This document shows, piece by piece, positions 34,370-43,672 of a DNA stretch of 64,000 bases. The position numbers and the translations under genes were made by a program. The stretch spans positions 576,001 through 640,000 of the forward strand of contig CAWFQB010000004.1 in assembly GCA_963817895.1 (NCBI GenBank), in the 5' to 3' direction. Under the pieces are notes generated by a model. The model ran no database searches. It was not told where the DNA came from and saw only the letters and a program-made list of their open reading frames with translations. The first letter of the stretch is position 1. Each line of letters starts with the position of its first letter. Source of the DNA: an uncultured Chthonomonadaceae bacterium (GTDB taxonomy: Bacteria > Armatimonadota > Chthonomonadetes > Chthonomonadales > Chthonomonadaceae).

Positions 34370-36616
34370 ATGAAACCCTACTACATCACGACGCCTATCT
34401 ATTATGTAAACGGCCTGCCGCATGTCGGCTCTGCCCTGACGACGGTTGCCTGCGATGTTCTGGCGCGTTATCAGCGCCTGCGCGGACGGGAAACGTTCCT
34501 GCTGACGGGAACCGACGAGAACGCTACCAAAGTGCAGGAAGCGGCGATTGCGGCGAATGTGCCGCCGCAGCAGTTTGTGAACGAACTTGCCGGCGCTTTC
34601 GAGGAGTGCTGGAAGCAGCTGCACGTCGCCTACGACGTATTCATGCGAACGACAGACCCGCGTCACGTTCAGGCCGTACAGACGTTCTTCACGCGCCTGC
34701 TGGAACGCGGGTATGTGTATAAAGATGTGTACGAGGGCTGGTACAGCGTCAGCGATGAGACGTTTTTCCGCGATAGCGACGTGAATATTCAAGATGACGA
34801 ACACGGCACGGCCAAAGAAACGGGCAAGCCTGTTCAGCGAATGAAAGAAGAGAACTATTTCTTTCGATTGTCCGCGTTCGGAGATCGCCTGCTGGCGCGT
34901 ATCGAAGCCGACCCCTCCTTCCTGCTGCCCGAATTCCGCCGCAATGAAGTCGTCGCCTTTGTCAAAGACGGCCTGCGCGATATGTGCATCACCCGTTCCA
35001 ATCAGGGGTGGGGCATCCCCTTTCCCGGCGACGACAGCAAAGTCATTTATGTCTGGTTCGACGCCCTCATCAACTATTTAACGGCGACGGGATGGCCCAC
35101 AGGTCAGTGGTCAGGAGAAAAGGAAGAGCAAGGCCTGGCCCCTGACCACTGGCCCCTGACCACTGACCTGTGGCCTGCCGACGCGCATATCATGGGCAAA
35201 GAGATATTTGTGCGGTTTCATGCCACGCTGTGGCCCGCAATGCTGATGGCGCTGGATTTGCCGCTGCCGAAACAGGTGTTCGCGCACGGCTGGTGGACAC
35301 TGCCGTCCGCGTGGAAATTGAAAGAGGGCGAAAAGGCGGGGAAAAGCACGGGCGGGCTGCCGCATCCGACACGGTTTTCCGAGTTTCTGGCGGAGCGGGC
35401 GGGGATGTCGTTCGATCTGGGCGCGGACGCGCAGCGGTATCTGCTGTGCCGCGAAATGAACTTCGGCATGGATACCGAGTTTACGGTAGAAAACTGCCTG
35501 CGCCGTTTCAATACCGATCTTGCCAACGATCTGGGAAACCTGCTCAACCGTACCATCAACATGATGATGAAGTATTATGACAGCGTGGTTCCGCAAACCC
35601 GTGACCATGACCATGAAATCGCCGCGCTGTCCCTACAGGTACAGGAGGATTATACCAAAGCGCTGGCCGAGTTCCGCCTGAACCTCGCGCTCGAAGCCGT
35701 GTGGAAACTTGTTGCCCGCATGAACAAGTACATTGACGAAAAAGCGCCCTGGGCATTGGCAAAAGCGGCGAACAGCGGGGACGAGGCCGCGAAGGAGCAG
35801 CTTGCCCTTGTGCTGTACACCTGTCTGGAAGCCACGCGAATTGTTTCCCTGCTGATAGCGCCATTCATGCCCGTCGCCGCCGACGCCATCCGCGCCCAAC
35901 TGGGTTTGCGCCAGTCGGCAACGGATGCCCACTGGAACGATCTGATATGGGGCGGGTTGCCTGCGGGTACGCGCGTCAGCGCCCCGCAGCCGATTTTCCC
36001 CCGTTTGCAGGACTTGACCGTAGACAGGGACGCCCACGCCCGGTTGGGAAGCCTGCCGAAAGAGGGGAAAGAAGACAAGGAGACAAGGAGAAGAGGAGAA
36101 GAGGAGAATCAATCTTCAGTATCCAATCTAAAATCTAAAATCGAAAATCCAAAATCGAATATCGCCTCAAAGGAGAATGCGAACGCTGTGAGTGATACAA
36201 CAAATACGGATCAACCAACCACCAACTATCGACCACCAACCACCGTGCCGGGTACGCCGGTCGCGCCGGTTGCCGCCGCGCCGGAAAACGCGCCGATTAC
36301 CATTGATGATTTCATGAAGGTGGAACTGCGGGTGGGCGAAGTGCTGGCGGCGGAGCCGGTTCCCAACGCCACAAAACTGCTGCGCCTGACGGTGCAACTA
36401 AGCGAGGATGATACGCGCACAATTCTGGCCGGTATCGCGGAATTTTATCAGCCGGATGAACTGGTAGGGCGGAACGTTGTTGTTGTGGCGAATTTGCAGC
36501 CGCGCAAGATGCGGGGTATCGAGTCGCAGGGCATGTTACTGGCTGCCGATGTGGAGGGCCGCGCCATACTGGTCAAGCCCGATGGGGATGTTCCTGTCGG
36601 CGCGCGGGTTCGCTGA
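34370..36616 (+). CDS. metG: Methionine--tRNA ligase with C-terminal tRNA-binding (Trbp111-like) domain
   Basis: YITTPIYYVNGLPHVG (HIGH-like), GTDEN, YVWFDALINY, DLANDLGNLLNR, ANLQPRKMRGIESQGMLL. Confidence 0.95.
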   Translation: MKPYYITTPIYYVNGLPHVGSALTTVACDVLARYQRLRGRETFLLTGTDENATKVQEAAIAANVPPQQFVNELAGAFEECWKQLHVAYDVFMRTTDPRHVQAVQTFFTRLLERGYVYKDVYEGWYSVSDETFFRDSDVNIQDDEHGTAKETGKPVQRMKEENYFFRLSAFGDRLLARIEADPSFLLPEFRRNEVVAFVKDGLRDMCITRSNQGWGIPFPGDDSKVIYVWFDALINYLTATGWPTGQWSGEKEEQGLAPDHWPLTTDLWPADAHIMGKEIFVRFHATLWPAMLMALDLPLPKQVFAHGWWTLPSAWKLKEGEKAGKSTGGLPHPTRFSEFLAERAGMSFDLGADAQRYLLCREMNFGMDTEFTVENCLRRFNTDLANDLGNLLNRTINMMMKYYDSVVPQTRDHDHEIAALSLQVQEDYTKALAEFRLNLALEAVWKLVARMNKYIDEKAPWALAKAANSGDEAAKEQLALVLYTCLEATRIVSLLIAPFMPVAADAIRAQLGLRQSATDAHWNDLIWGGLPAGTRVSAPQPIFPRLQDLTVDRDAHARLGSLPKEGKEDKETRRRGEEENQSSVSNLKSKIENPKSNIASKENANAVSDTTNTDQPTTNYRPPTTVPGTPVAPVAAAPENAPITIDDFMKVELRVGEVLAAEPVPNATKLLRLTVQLSEDDTRTILAGIAEFYQPDELVGRNVVVVANLQPRKMRGIESQGMLLAADVEGRAILVKPDGDVPVGARVR

Positions 36617-36676
36617 TTTTCGGCATTGGATTTGATGTCTGGAACTTAGTCGCGTAAATAGTTGTAAAGGATACCA

Positions 36677-36700
36677 AAACTTTTGTAACCATTGCGCGTC
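36677..36700 (+). promoter_or_regulatory. Putative ECF-sigma promoter
   Basis: AAAC-N16-CGTC upstream of the Spy/CpxP-like gene. Confidence 0.45.
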
Positions 36701-36819
36701 TATCAGGCGGCACATCAACAGCGAGTGGGTGACATGACAAGAGGGGCAGATTTCTGCTGTGAAACCTCAATAATCTCCCGCTCCCTTCAATCATCTACTT
36801 CAGGGAAGGATGTAAACGA

Positions 36820-37623
36820 ATGAAACACAATTCTATGGGGCTGCTGGGCCTGACCGCGCTGATGCTGGTCGGCACCGGCATAACGGTACTGGCGCAGGAC
36901 GCTCCCCCGGCTGCCGGACAGGCTCCGGCGGCGGGCGCAGGGCGTCAGGGTGGCGGTCGTCAGGGTGGACGGGGCGGCCAATTCGGTGGGGGCGGCGTTA
37001 CGCTGTCCAGCCTGTCGGTTGACTCCCTCGACTCCGGACTGACGCTTACCGCCGATCAGAAAACCAAAATCAAGGCGATTCTGGCACAGAAAGATACGGA
37101 CACCAAAGCGCTTCCGGCTCTGCCCGCGTTTACGCCCGGCCAGCAGCCGGACCCTGCGGATCAGCAGGCCCGACAGGATGGCATGCAGAAGCGGCGCGAG
37201 ATTAGCACAAAAGCCGATACTGACATTCAGGCGTTGCTGACGGATGAGCAGAAGACGAAATGGACCGCCTATCAGCGGGAGTTGGGCGCGATGCAGCAGG
37301 CAGGTCTTCCCGCCGGCGTTCTGGGCGACCTGAAACTGACCGCCGACCAGAAGACGAAAATTATGGCACAGGCGAAAGCCAATCAGCAGGAGATGCAGGA
37401 CAAAATGCAGGCCGCGCAACAGTCCGGCCAGCGCATGTCCCGCGAAGACATGATGGCGATGCGCAAGGATGCTACGGATAAAGTCTCTGCGATACTGACC
37501 CCCACGCAACGCGCCATGCTGGAAAAATACAACCGCGATCATCCGCAGGCCGCGTTCGGCGGCTTCGGTGGCGGACGCCGCCAGAATGGCCCCGGCGCAG
37601 CGGCAGGCGCTCCCGGCGCGTAA
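36820..37623 (+). CDS. Secreted Spy/CpxP-like helical protein with LTxxQ motifs
   Basis: Signal peptide; LTADQKTKI x2, LLTDEQK, ILTPTQR; Gly-rich termini. Confidence 0.7.
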   Translation: MKHNSMGLLGLTALMLVGTGITVLAQDAPPAAGQAPAAGAGRQGGGRQGGRGGQFGGGGVTLSSLSVDSLDSGLTLTADQKTKIKAILAQKDTDTKALPALPAFTPGQQPDPADQQARQDGMQKRREISTKADTDIQALLTDEQKTKWTAYQRELGAMQQAGLPAGVLGDLKLTADQKTKIMAQAKANQQEMQDKMQAAQQSGQRMSREDMMAMRKDATDKVSAILTPTQRAMLEKYNRDHPQAAFGGFGGGRRQNGPGAAAGAPGA

Positions 37624-37677
37624 CAAAGGATGAAGGATGAAGGATGAAAACATTCCTGTCGCTTCATCTACATTATC

Positions 37678-37714
37678 AAACAGCCCCTTTCCGTAATTGG
37701 AAAGGGGCTGTTTT
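37678..37714 (+). terminator. Intrinsic terminator
   Basis: AAACAGCCCCTTTCC / GGAAAGGGGCTGTTT followed by a T tract. Confidence 0.75.
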
Positions 37715-37731
37715 TGGTATCTGTAATGGCA

Positions 37732-37875
37732 CACCGTCAAGGCCGAACAGGTAGGGGCGCTGCTTGCTGCGCCCTGCATTGCTCATTGGGCGTCACATTC
37801 CAAGAGGGTTCAGCAAGCAGAACCCCTACGATGTACCCTGCCGTTCTACCTTGACGGTGGGATAGTTGGCCTGTA
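37732..37875. repeat. GTAG-type REP doublet (REPIN-like), family B
   Basis: GTAGGGGCGCTGCTTGCTGCGCCCT...AGGGTTCAGCAAGCAGAACCCCTAC inside CACCGTCAAGG / CCTTGACGGTG. An inverted copy is at 40650-40818. Confidence 0.8.
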
Positions 37876-37920
37876 CCGTAGATAAGGTAAAGAGCGCTTT
37901 CTATCTCTTACCCCCATCCC

Positions 37921-39504
37921 TCATCCCTTCCTCATGTATTCATCCACAGTGGCGAGGGCGAACTCGTTGCCGTGCTGACGGGCTTCCAGGGCGATGGACA
38001 GGGCGCGGGCGGTATCCAGACTGGTGAGACAGGGGACTCCGGCTTCTACGGAGGCGCGGCGGATACGCGCTCCCTCGCGCTCGATGCGTTTGTCTTTGGA
38101 AAGCGTGTTGATGAGCAGGCTGATTTCGCCGCTGCGAATCAGGTCAACGATATTGCCCTCGCCCTGATGAAGTTTCTTCACGGTTTCCGCCGGGATGTTC
38201 TGTTCCTGTAGGAAACGGGCCGTACCCTCGGTTGCGATGACGTGAAAGCCCAATCGCGCGAATTCCCGCGCGATGGGAACCACTTCCGCTTTGTCTGCGT
38301 CCGCGACCGTGACAATCATTTTACCCCCGGTGGGAACCCCGATACCTGACGCCACCATCGCTTTGTACAGCGCGAGCGGATACTGCGCGTCCATTCCCAT
38401 GACTTCGCCCGTGCTTTTCATCTCCGGCCCCAAACTGATGTCCACTTTCGCCAGTTTTTGAAACGAAAATACGGGGGCTTTCACGGCGATACTGCCCTGA
38501 TCGGGATGCAGGCCGGATTCGTAACCCTGCACCTTCAGCGACTGGCCGAGCATAACCTTTGTGGCGACGTTGACCATCGGGATGCCGGTAATTTTGCTGA
38601 GATAGGGGACGGTGCGCGAGGCGCGTGGGTTTACTTCCAACACCTGCGCGGTTTGGGTTTCGTGATCCACGACAAATTGAATGTTCATCAGGCCGCGCAC
38701 TTCCAGCCGCTGCGCAAGCCGGGTCGCGCTCCGCACAATCTGCGCGATAATGTCCGGGGAAAGCGATTGCGGCGGGTATACGGCCATGCTGTCGCCCGAA
38801 TGGACGCCTGCCCGCTCGATGTGTTCCATGATTCCGGGCAGCAGGCAGTCTACGCCATCCGAAATAACATCCACTTCCACCTCTTTGCCCAGGATATATT
38901 TGTCCACGAGAATAGGGGCTTTGGGGGATACATCAACCGCGTACTGCATGTAGCGGAGCAGGTCTTCGCGGCTGTACACGATTTCCATCGCGCGCCCGCC
39001 AAGCACATAGGAGGGGCGAACGAGGACGGGGTAGCCGATTTCCTGCGCCACTTCAACGGCGGCTTCCGCATTGCTGATCGCGCGTCCCGCCGGTTTGGGA
39101 ATGTCCAGTTCGCGCAACACTTTTTCAAAGCGGTCGCGGTCTTCGGCAAGGTCAATGCTATCATGGGAGGAACCAAAAATCTTGATACCGGCCTCGTGCA
39201 ACGGTCTGGCAAGGTTGATAGCTGTTTGCCCGCCGAACTGCACGATGACGCCTTCCGGCTGTTCCCTGTCCAGAATGTTCAGCACGTCCTCGACCGTGAG
39301 CGGCTCAAAAAACAGCCGGTCCGACGTGTCAAAATCCGTAGAAACGGTTTCCGGGTTGTTGTTGATAATCAGCGCGTCATAGCCCGCTTCGCGCAGCGCC
39401 CAAACGCAATGCACGGAGCAGTAATCAAACTCAATCCCCTGTCCGATTCGTATCGGCCCCGACCCAATCACCACTATTTTCTTGCGCTGTTCATCCCCGT
39501 TCAA
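37921..39504 (-). CDS. carB: Carbamoyl-phosphate synthase large subunit, C-terminal half (carbamate-phosphorylation plus MGS domains)
   Basis: [68 protein letters not shown] domain. TTG start with a GGGGTG RBS-like site. Confidence 0.92.
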   Translation of the reverse strand: MNGDEQRKKIVVIGSGPIRIGQGIEFDYCSVHCVWALREAGYDALIINNNPETVSTDFDTSDRLFFEPLTVEDVLNILDREQPEGVIVQFGGQTAINLARPLHEAGIKIFGSSHDSIDLAEDRDRFEKVLRELDIPKPAGRAISNAEAAVEVAQEIGYPVLVRPSYVLGGRAMEIVYSREDLLRYMQYAVDVSPKAPILVDKYILGKEVEVDVISDGVDCLLPGIMEHIERAGVHSGDSMAVYPPQSLSPDIIAQIVRSATRLAQRLEVRGLMNIQFVVDHETQTAQVLEVNPRASRTVPYLSKITGIPMVNVATKVMLGQSLKVQGYESGLHPDQGSIAVKAPVFSFQKLAKVDISLGPEMKSTGEVMGMDAQYPLALYKAMVASGIGVPTGGKMIVTVADADKAEVVPIAREFARLGFHVIATEGTARFLQEQNIPAETVKKLHQGEGNIVDLIRSGEISLLINTLSKDKRIEREGARIRRASVEAGVPCLTSLDTARALSIALEARQHGNEFALATVDEYMRKG

Positions 39505-39612
39505 AAATACACCCCCGATTTGAGTTGTTAGTTGTTAGGTTGTTAGTTTTGAAGGATACGACAGGCTTTGCAATGTCGCGGATTTTCACCTGACAACCTA
39601 ACAACTAACAAC

Positions 39613-40563
39613 TTATTCCCCGTGCAGCGTTAGCATCTCCTGCACAGATTTTTCTACCGATTGCGCCATGTCCGTCACCGATTGCTGAATGTGGGTGACA
39701 TGCGGCACAGTAGGCTGCACCTGCGCAACGTGGCTGTGCGTGAGCGACGACTGCACCAGGGCGAACGTCTGCTGTATCACTTCCTGCTGCGCTTCCAGAC
39801 GCTTCAAACTGGTTTCCAGCGAACGGGCGTTGTTCAGGCGCGTTTCGCACAGCGTCAGACTTTGCGACAGCGCGTGGCGCACGACGGAATCCTCCGCCTG
39901 CGCCAGTTGTTCGGCGATGCTGTGCCGTTGCGCTTCCAGATTGGTCACGCTGTCGTTTTGAATGGCTTCTTCGATCTGCTGCCTCTGCCGCTCCATCTGG
40001 CGGGCGTTTGCCAGCAGGCCATTCAAGTCGTGCAGGGTATGGCGCAGCGAATTTTCATCCGCGTAGTGTTCGCGGCTGACGAGCCATTGCAGCGTGTTGG
40101 CATACGTGCGCTCGAATGGCGACAGTTTCAGCAGGGGTACGACGGCATTGAGTTCTTCCACGCTGATGGTTCGGCGCAGGACATTGGCCGGACGCCGGTA
40201 CGCGATCTGGTGCGACGTGGACTGCAAAATCAGCAGCCAGGTGAACAGCGCGAACATGATGCCGATGATGGGCGTGACGCTGGCGACAAGAGAACCGGCA
40301 ATCGCTGCCAGAAAAAACGCGAGGAAGCGGGCGCGGGCCACGCTGCCCTGCACGTTGTCGCGCTCCAGCCGATGCTCCAGGGCGCGTCGCTCCTCTTCTG
40401 TCGCGTCGCGCTCGTTCATGCCGCGCACGAAGCCGGGAATGTTATACTGGCTCGACAACGGAAAAAATATATCATCCTGAAGATAGTGGTGCAGGGGCGC
40501 GGCCAGGCGCTCCTCCATCTTCGCGGCGATTTGCGGATCAAGATCATCTAAGCCAATCTGCAT
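39613..40563 (-). CDS. Hypothetical membrane protein (TM hairpin plus long C-terminal coiled coil), paralog 2
   Basis: GGAGG RBS and ATG 40563 (MQIGLDDLDPQIAA); two TM segments; coiled coil ending SVEKSVQEMLTL. Confidence 0.75.
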   Translation of the reverse strand: MQIGLDDLDPQIAAKMEERLAAPLHHYLQDDIFFPLSSQYNIPGFVRGMNERDATEEERRALEHRLERDNVQGSVARARFLAFFLAAIAGSLVASVTPIIGIMFALFTWLLILQSTSHQIAYRRPANVLRRTISVEELNAVVPLLKLSPFERTYANTLQWLVSREHYADENSLRHTLHDLNGLLANARQMERQRQQIEEAIQNDSVTNLEAQRHSIAEQLAQAEDSVVRHALSQSLTLCETRLNNARSLETSLKRLEAQQEVIQQTFALVQSSLTHSHVAQVQPTVPHVTHIQQSVTDMAQSVEKSVQEMLTLHGE

Positions 40564-40649
40564 AAGGGTTGCCTCCCAAAAATCTGCATTTCTGTTTACA
40601 TTCCATACGCAAATCGAGCGGCAATTTACGGCACTTTTCCCCACGAACT

Positions 40650-40818
40650 TATGGGCTACTAACCCATCAAGGTAGGATGGTAGGAAACATCGTAGGGGTT
40701 CTGCTTGCTGAACCCTCCTCAAACGTTGGTGGAACCCTTCTCGAAACCGGGCGCAGCAAGCACTCACGGAGGGCGCAGCAAGCAACGCCCCTACATAACC
40801 ATTCTACCTTGATGGAGG
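40650..40818. repeat. GTAG-type REP doublet/triplet (REPIN-like), family B, inverted relative to 37732-37875
   Basis: CCATCAAGGTAGGATGG...GTAGGGGTTCTGCTTGCTGAACCCT...AGGGCGCAGCAAGCAACGCCCCTAC...CCATTCTACCTTGATGG. Confidence 0.8.
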
Positions 40819-40819
40819 A

Positions 40820-41905
40820 CTAACAGGAAGAGCGCAACGTCAAAACTTCTTCTACCGCGCTTTCTACGGCGATTGTTTGCCGGTTCATCTGCGTTACCGA
40901 CTCGGTAATGTCGTTCATGGCGAATTCGGTATTGGTGTCGGCGCGTAAATCTGCGGTAAGGTGCATACGTCCCAGTGAGGACAGCGCGGACGAAAGCGTT
41001 TGCGTAATGGCTTCCTGCTGCGTGTTCAGGCGTTCCAGTCCGATTTGCAGGTTGTGGGCGTTCTCGATGCGCGACAACACCATGCGGCGGCTCTGCTCAA
41101 GGGAAGCGCGGGTCATCGGATCGGTAGCCGTTTCCAGTCGTGATTTTAACTGGTCATATTCCGTTCGCAGTTCGGGTACGACATTGGCTCCAAGCAGGGG
41201 AATCAGGCTCAGGCGTTGTTCTTCCAGTTGTCGGCTGCTTTGCATCAGGTCATTGAGTTGGCGCAATGTCTCGCGCATCGTTTGTTCTGTGTCGGAATTG
41301 GGCTGCGCGCGGGCAAGAAACAGCAGCACGTCGCAATACACGCGCTCGGCTCGCGTCAGGGAGAGGGACGCGAAAACGTCTTTCAAACCTTCCGGCCGCA
41401 ATTCCGTGATTTTAACGGATTGCGGCGCGGCATTGAGGGCGATGTGGTTTCCAGCCGATGCAGCCGCCAGCGAAACCATCAACCACAGTAGATAGAAGCC
41501 CGCAGAGGGATTACCCCGGCTGCCAAATACTATTATTGAAGCCGTGAATCCCAACACCGGCGCGACAAGCGCGTTGAGGGTCATCAGAGCCGCCACCTGT
41601 CGTGATTTGAGACGCTCTTTTAGAAGGGCGCGACAGCCGATTCCGGCTCCCACTCCCCACGTCAGTCCCCATACAGCAAACGGCGACCACCAGATATGTC
41701 GCAAATAACTATGAGAAACCAGCATGATGGCAAGCGGCAGGCCGAGCATCGGCGGCACCGCAAGCGCCGCCGCAAGCGCCGCGTGTCTGCGTTGAGACAA
41801 ACGGGGACGTGGACGGGAAGCCGACACGCGGACGGCCTGAGCGGGAACCATAGCCGCATATTGGGCGGCTATGCGCGGGTCTATTTCGTCAAGAGCGATA
41901 CGCAT
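40820..41905 (-). CDS. Hypothetical membrane protein (about four TM segments plus long C-terminal coiled coil), paralog 1
   Basis: MRIALDEIDPRIAA; several hydrophobic segments; C-terminal helical region alignable with 39613-40563, ending AVESAVEEVLTL. Confidence 0.75.
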   Translation of the reverse strand: MRIALDEIDPRIAAQYAAMVPAQAVRVSASRPRPRLSQRRHAALAAALAVPPMLGLPLAIMLVSHSYLRHIWWSPFAVWGLTWGVGAGIGCRALLKERLKSRQVAALMTLNALVAPVLGFTASIIVFGSRGNPSAGFYLLWLMVSLAAASAGNHIALNAAPQSVKITELRPEGLKDVFASLSLTRAERVYCDVLLFLARAQPNSDTEQTMRETLRQLNDLMQSSRQLEEQRLSLIPLLGANVVPELRTEYDQLKSRLETATDPMTRASLEQSRRMVLSRIENAHNLQIGLERLNTQQEAITQTLSSALSSLGRMHLTADLRADTNTEFAMNDITESVTQMNRQTIAVESAVEEVLTLRSSC

Positions 41906-41911
41906 GTGAAA

Positions 41912-43654
41912 TCATTTCTCGTCTTCGGTATCGTAGCACGAATAGAAATAGGGCGTGGCGGCCTCGAATTCCGCCGCGCACGTATCTACCATCTTATACG
42001 TTGGCACAATGCCAAGACGCTTCCGCAACGCGCGCAGTTTCATTTCCGGTATCTCGGCAATTTCCGCAAGGGTTCGATCTGAAAAACCGGCGCGTTTCGC
42101 TTCGCGCAGGAGATTAATAGTTGAGAGGTTGAGAGTTGAGAGTTGAGAGTCTCCCGGTGTTCGGTCTCCTTTTCTCCTTTTCTCCTTTTCTTCCTCTTCT
42201 TCCTCAACCAGTGCCGCCAGTGCCTTACAATGCTCTTTCAGGCGTTGTTCCAGTTGGACGAGGCCGCTGAGTTTGCGCAGAAACCAGGGGTCTATGTTGC
42301 TCAGGGCGTGGATTTCTTCGATCATCATGCCCCGGCGCAGGGCTTCCGTGATGGCCCACAACCGTTCGTCGTTGGGGACGCGAATGGCTTCTTCCAACTG
42401 CATGTCGCTGAACTGGTGGGCGGTTTTGTTGGACAATCCATAAATGCCGACTTCGAGGGAACGAATGGCTTTCATCAGGGCTGGCTCGAAGGCGCGATCA
42501 ATCGCCATCACTTCGCCGGTCGCCTTCATCTGCGTGTTGATCTGCCGATCCGCGAACGTAAACTTGTCGAACGGCCAGCGCGGAATTTTCACGACGCAGT
42601 AGTCCAGCGCAGGTTCAAAGCAGGCGAGAGTTTTGCGTGTGACGGCGTTTTCGATCTCGTCAAGACGCAGGCCAATGGCGATTTTAGCGGCCACGCGGGC
42701 AATGGGATAGCCGGTCGCTTTGGAAGCCAGCGCGGATGAGCGCGACACGCGGGGATTCACTTCGATGATGTAGTAACGGAAGGAGTGAGGGTCAAGGGAT
42801 AGTTGCACGTTGCAGCCGCCCTCGATGCCCAACGCGCGAATGATTTTCAGGGAGGCTGTGCGCAGCATCTGGTATTCTTTATCCGAAAGCGTTTGCGAGG
42901 GGGCAACCACGATGCTGTCGCCCGTATGAACGCCCATCGGATCGAAGTTTTCCATGTTGCAGACGGTAATGGCGGTATCGTTGGCGTCGCGCATCACCTC
43001 GTACTCGACCTCTTTCCAGCCGGAAAGGTAGCGTTCCACCATCACCTGATGCCGCATGGACAGGGCAAGCCCGCGTCTAGAAATTTCGCGTAGTTCCGTT
43101 TCATTATACGCAATGCCGCCGCCCGTTCCGCCCAGCGTGTACGCCGGACGAACGATTAGCGGCCAGATACCCGATGCGAGCGGGGCGTCCAGATGTGATT
43201 CGTCCGTGACGATCCACGATTCGGGAACGGGTTCGCCCAACTCGCGCATCAGGTCGCGGAACTCCTCGCGGTCTTCGGCTTTGCGGATGGAAGCGAGCGG
43301 GGTTCCGAGCAGGCGCACGTTGTACTTTTCCAACGCGCCCGCTTCAGCAAGCAGGGTGGCGAGATTCAGGCCGGTTTGCCCGCCGAGCGTCGCCAGCAGG
43401 CCGTCGGGACGTTCGCGCTCGATAATGCGGGTAGCAAACTCGACATTGAGCGGCTCGATGTACACGCGGTCGGCGATTTCCACGTCCGTCATAATGGTGG
43501 CGGGATTGGAATTGATGAGGACAACGGAAATGCCCTCTTCGCGCAGGGCGCGGCAGGCTTGCGTTCCCGCATAATCGAACTCAGCGGCCTGCCCGATGAT
43601 AATGGGGCCGGAACCGATGAGCATGACTTTCTTGATGGTCGTATCTCTGGGCAT
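41912..43654 (-). CDS. carB: Carbamoyl-phosphate synthase large subunit, N-terminal half (carboxyphosphate plus oligomerisation domains)
   Basis: [71 protein letters not shown], ending [32 protein letters not shown]. Confidence 0.93.
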   Translation of the reverse strand: MPRDTTIKKVMLIGSGPIIIGQAAEFDYAGTQACRALREEGISVVLINSNPATIMTDVEIADRVYIEPLNVEFATRIIERERPDGLLATLGGQTGLNLATLLAEAGALEKYNVRLLGTPLASIRKAEDREEFRDLMRELGEPVPESWIVTDESHLDAPLASGIWPLIVRPAYTLGGTGGGIAYNETELREISRRGLALSMRHQVMVERYLSGWKEVEYEVMRDANDTAITVCNMENFDPMGVHTGDSIVVAPSQTLSDKEYQMLRTASLKIIRALGIEGGCNVQLSLDPHSFRYYIIEVNPRVSRSSALASKATGYPIARVAAKIAIGLRLDEIENAVTRKTLACFEPALDYCVVKIPRWPFDKFTFADRQINTQMKATGEVMAIDRAFEPALMKAIRSLEVGIYGLSNKTAHQFSDMQLEEAIRVPNDERLWAITEALRRGMMIEEIHALSNIDPWFLRKLSGLVQLEQRLKEHCKALAALVEEEEEEKEKRRKGDRTPGDSQLSTLNLSTINLLREAKRAGFSDRTLAEIAEIPEMKLRALRKRLGIVPTYKMVDTCAAEFEAATPYFYSCYDTEDEK

Positions 43655-43672
43655 GGAAGCGAAACAAACTCC

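Noticed and set aside
42115..42205. Intein or intron in carB or metG
   Set aside because: The inserts are about 30 aa low-complexity repeats without Cys/Ser...His-Asn splice motifs or recognisable group I/II structure.
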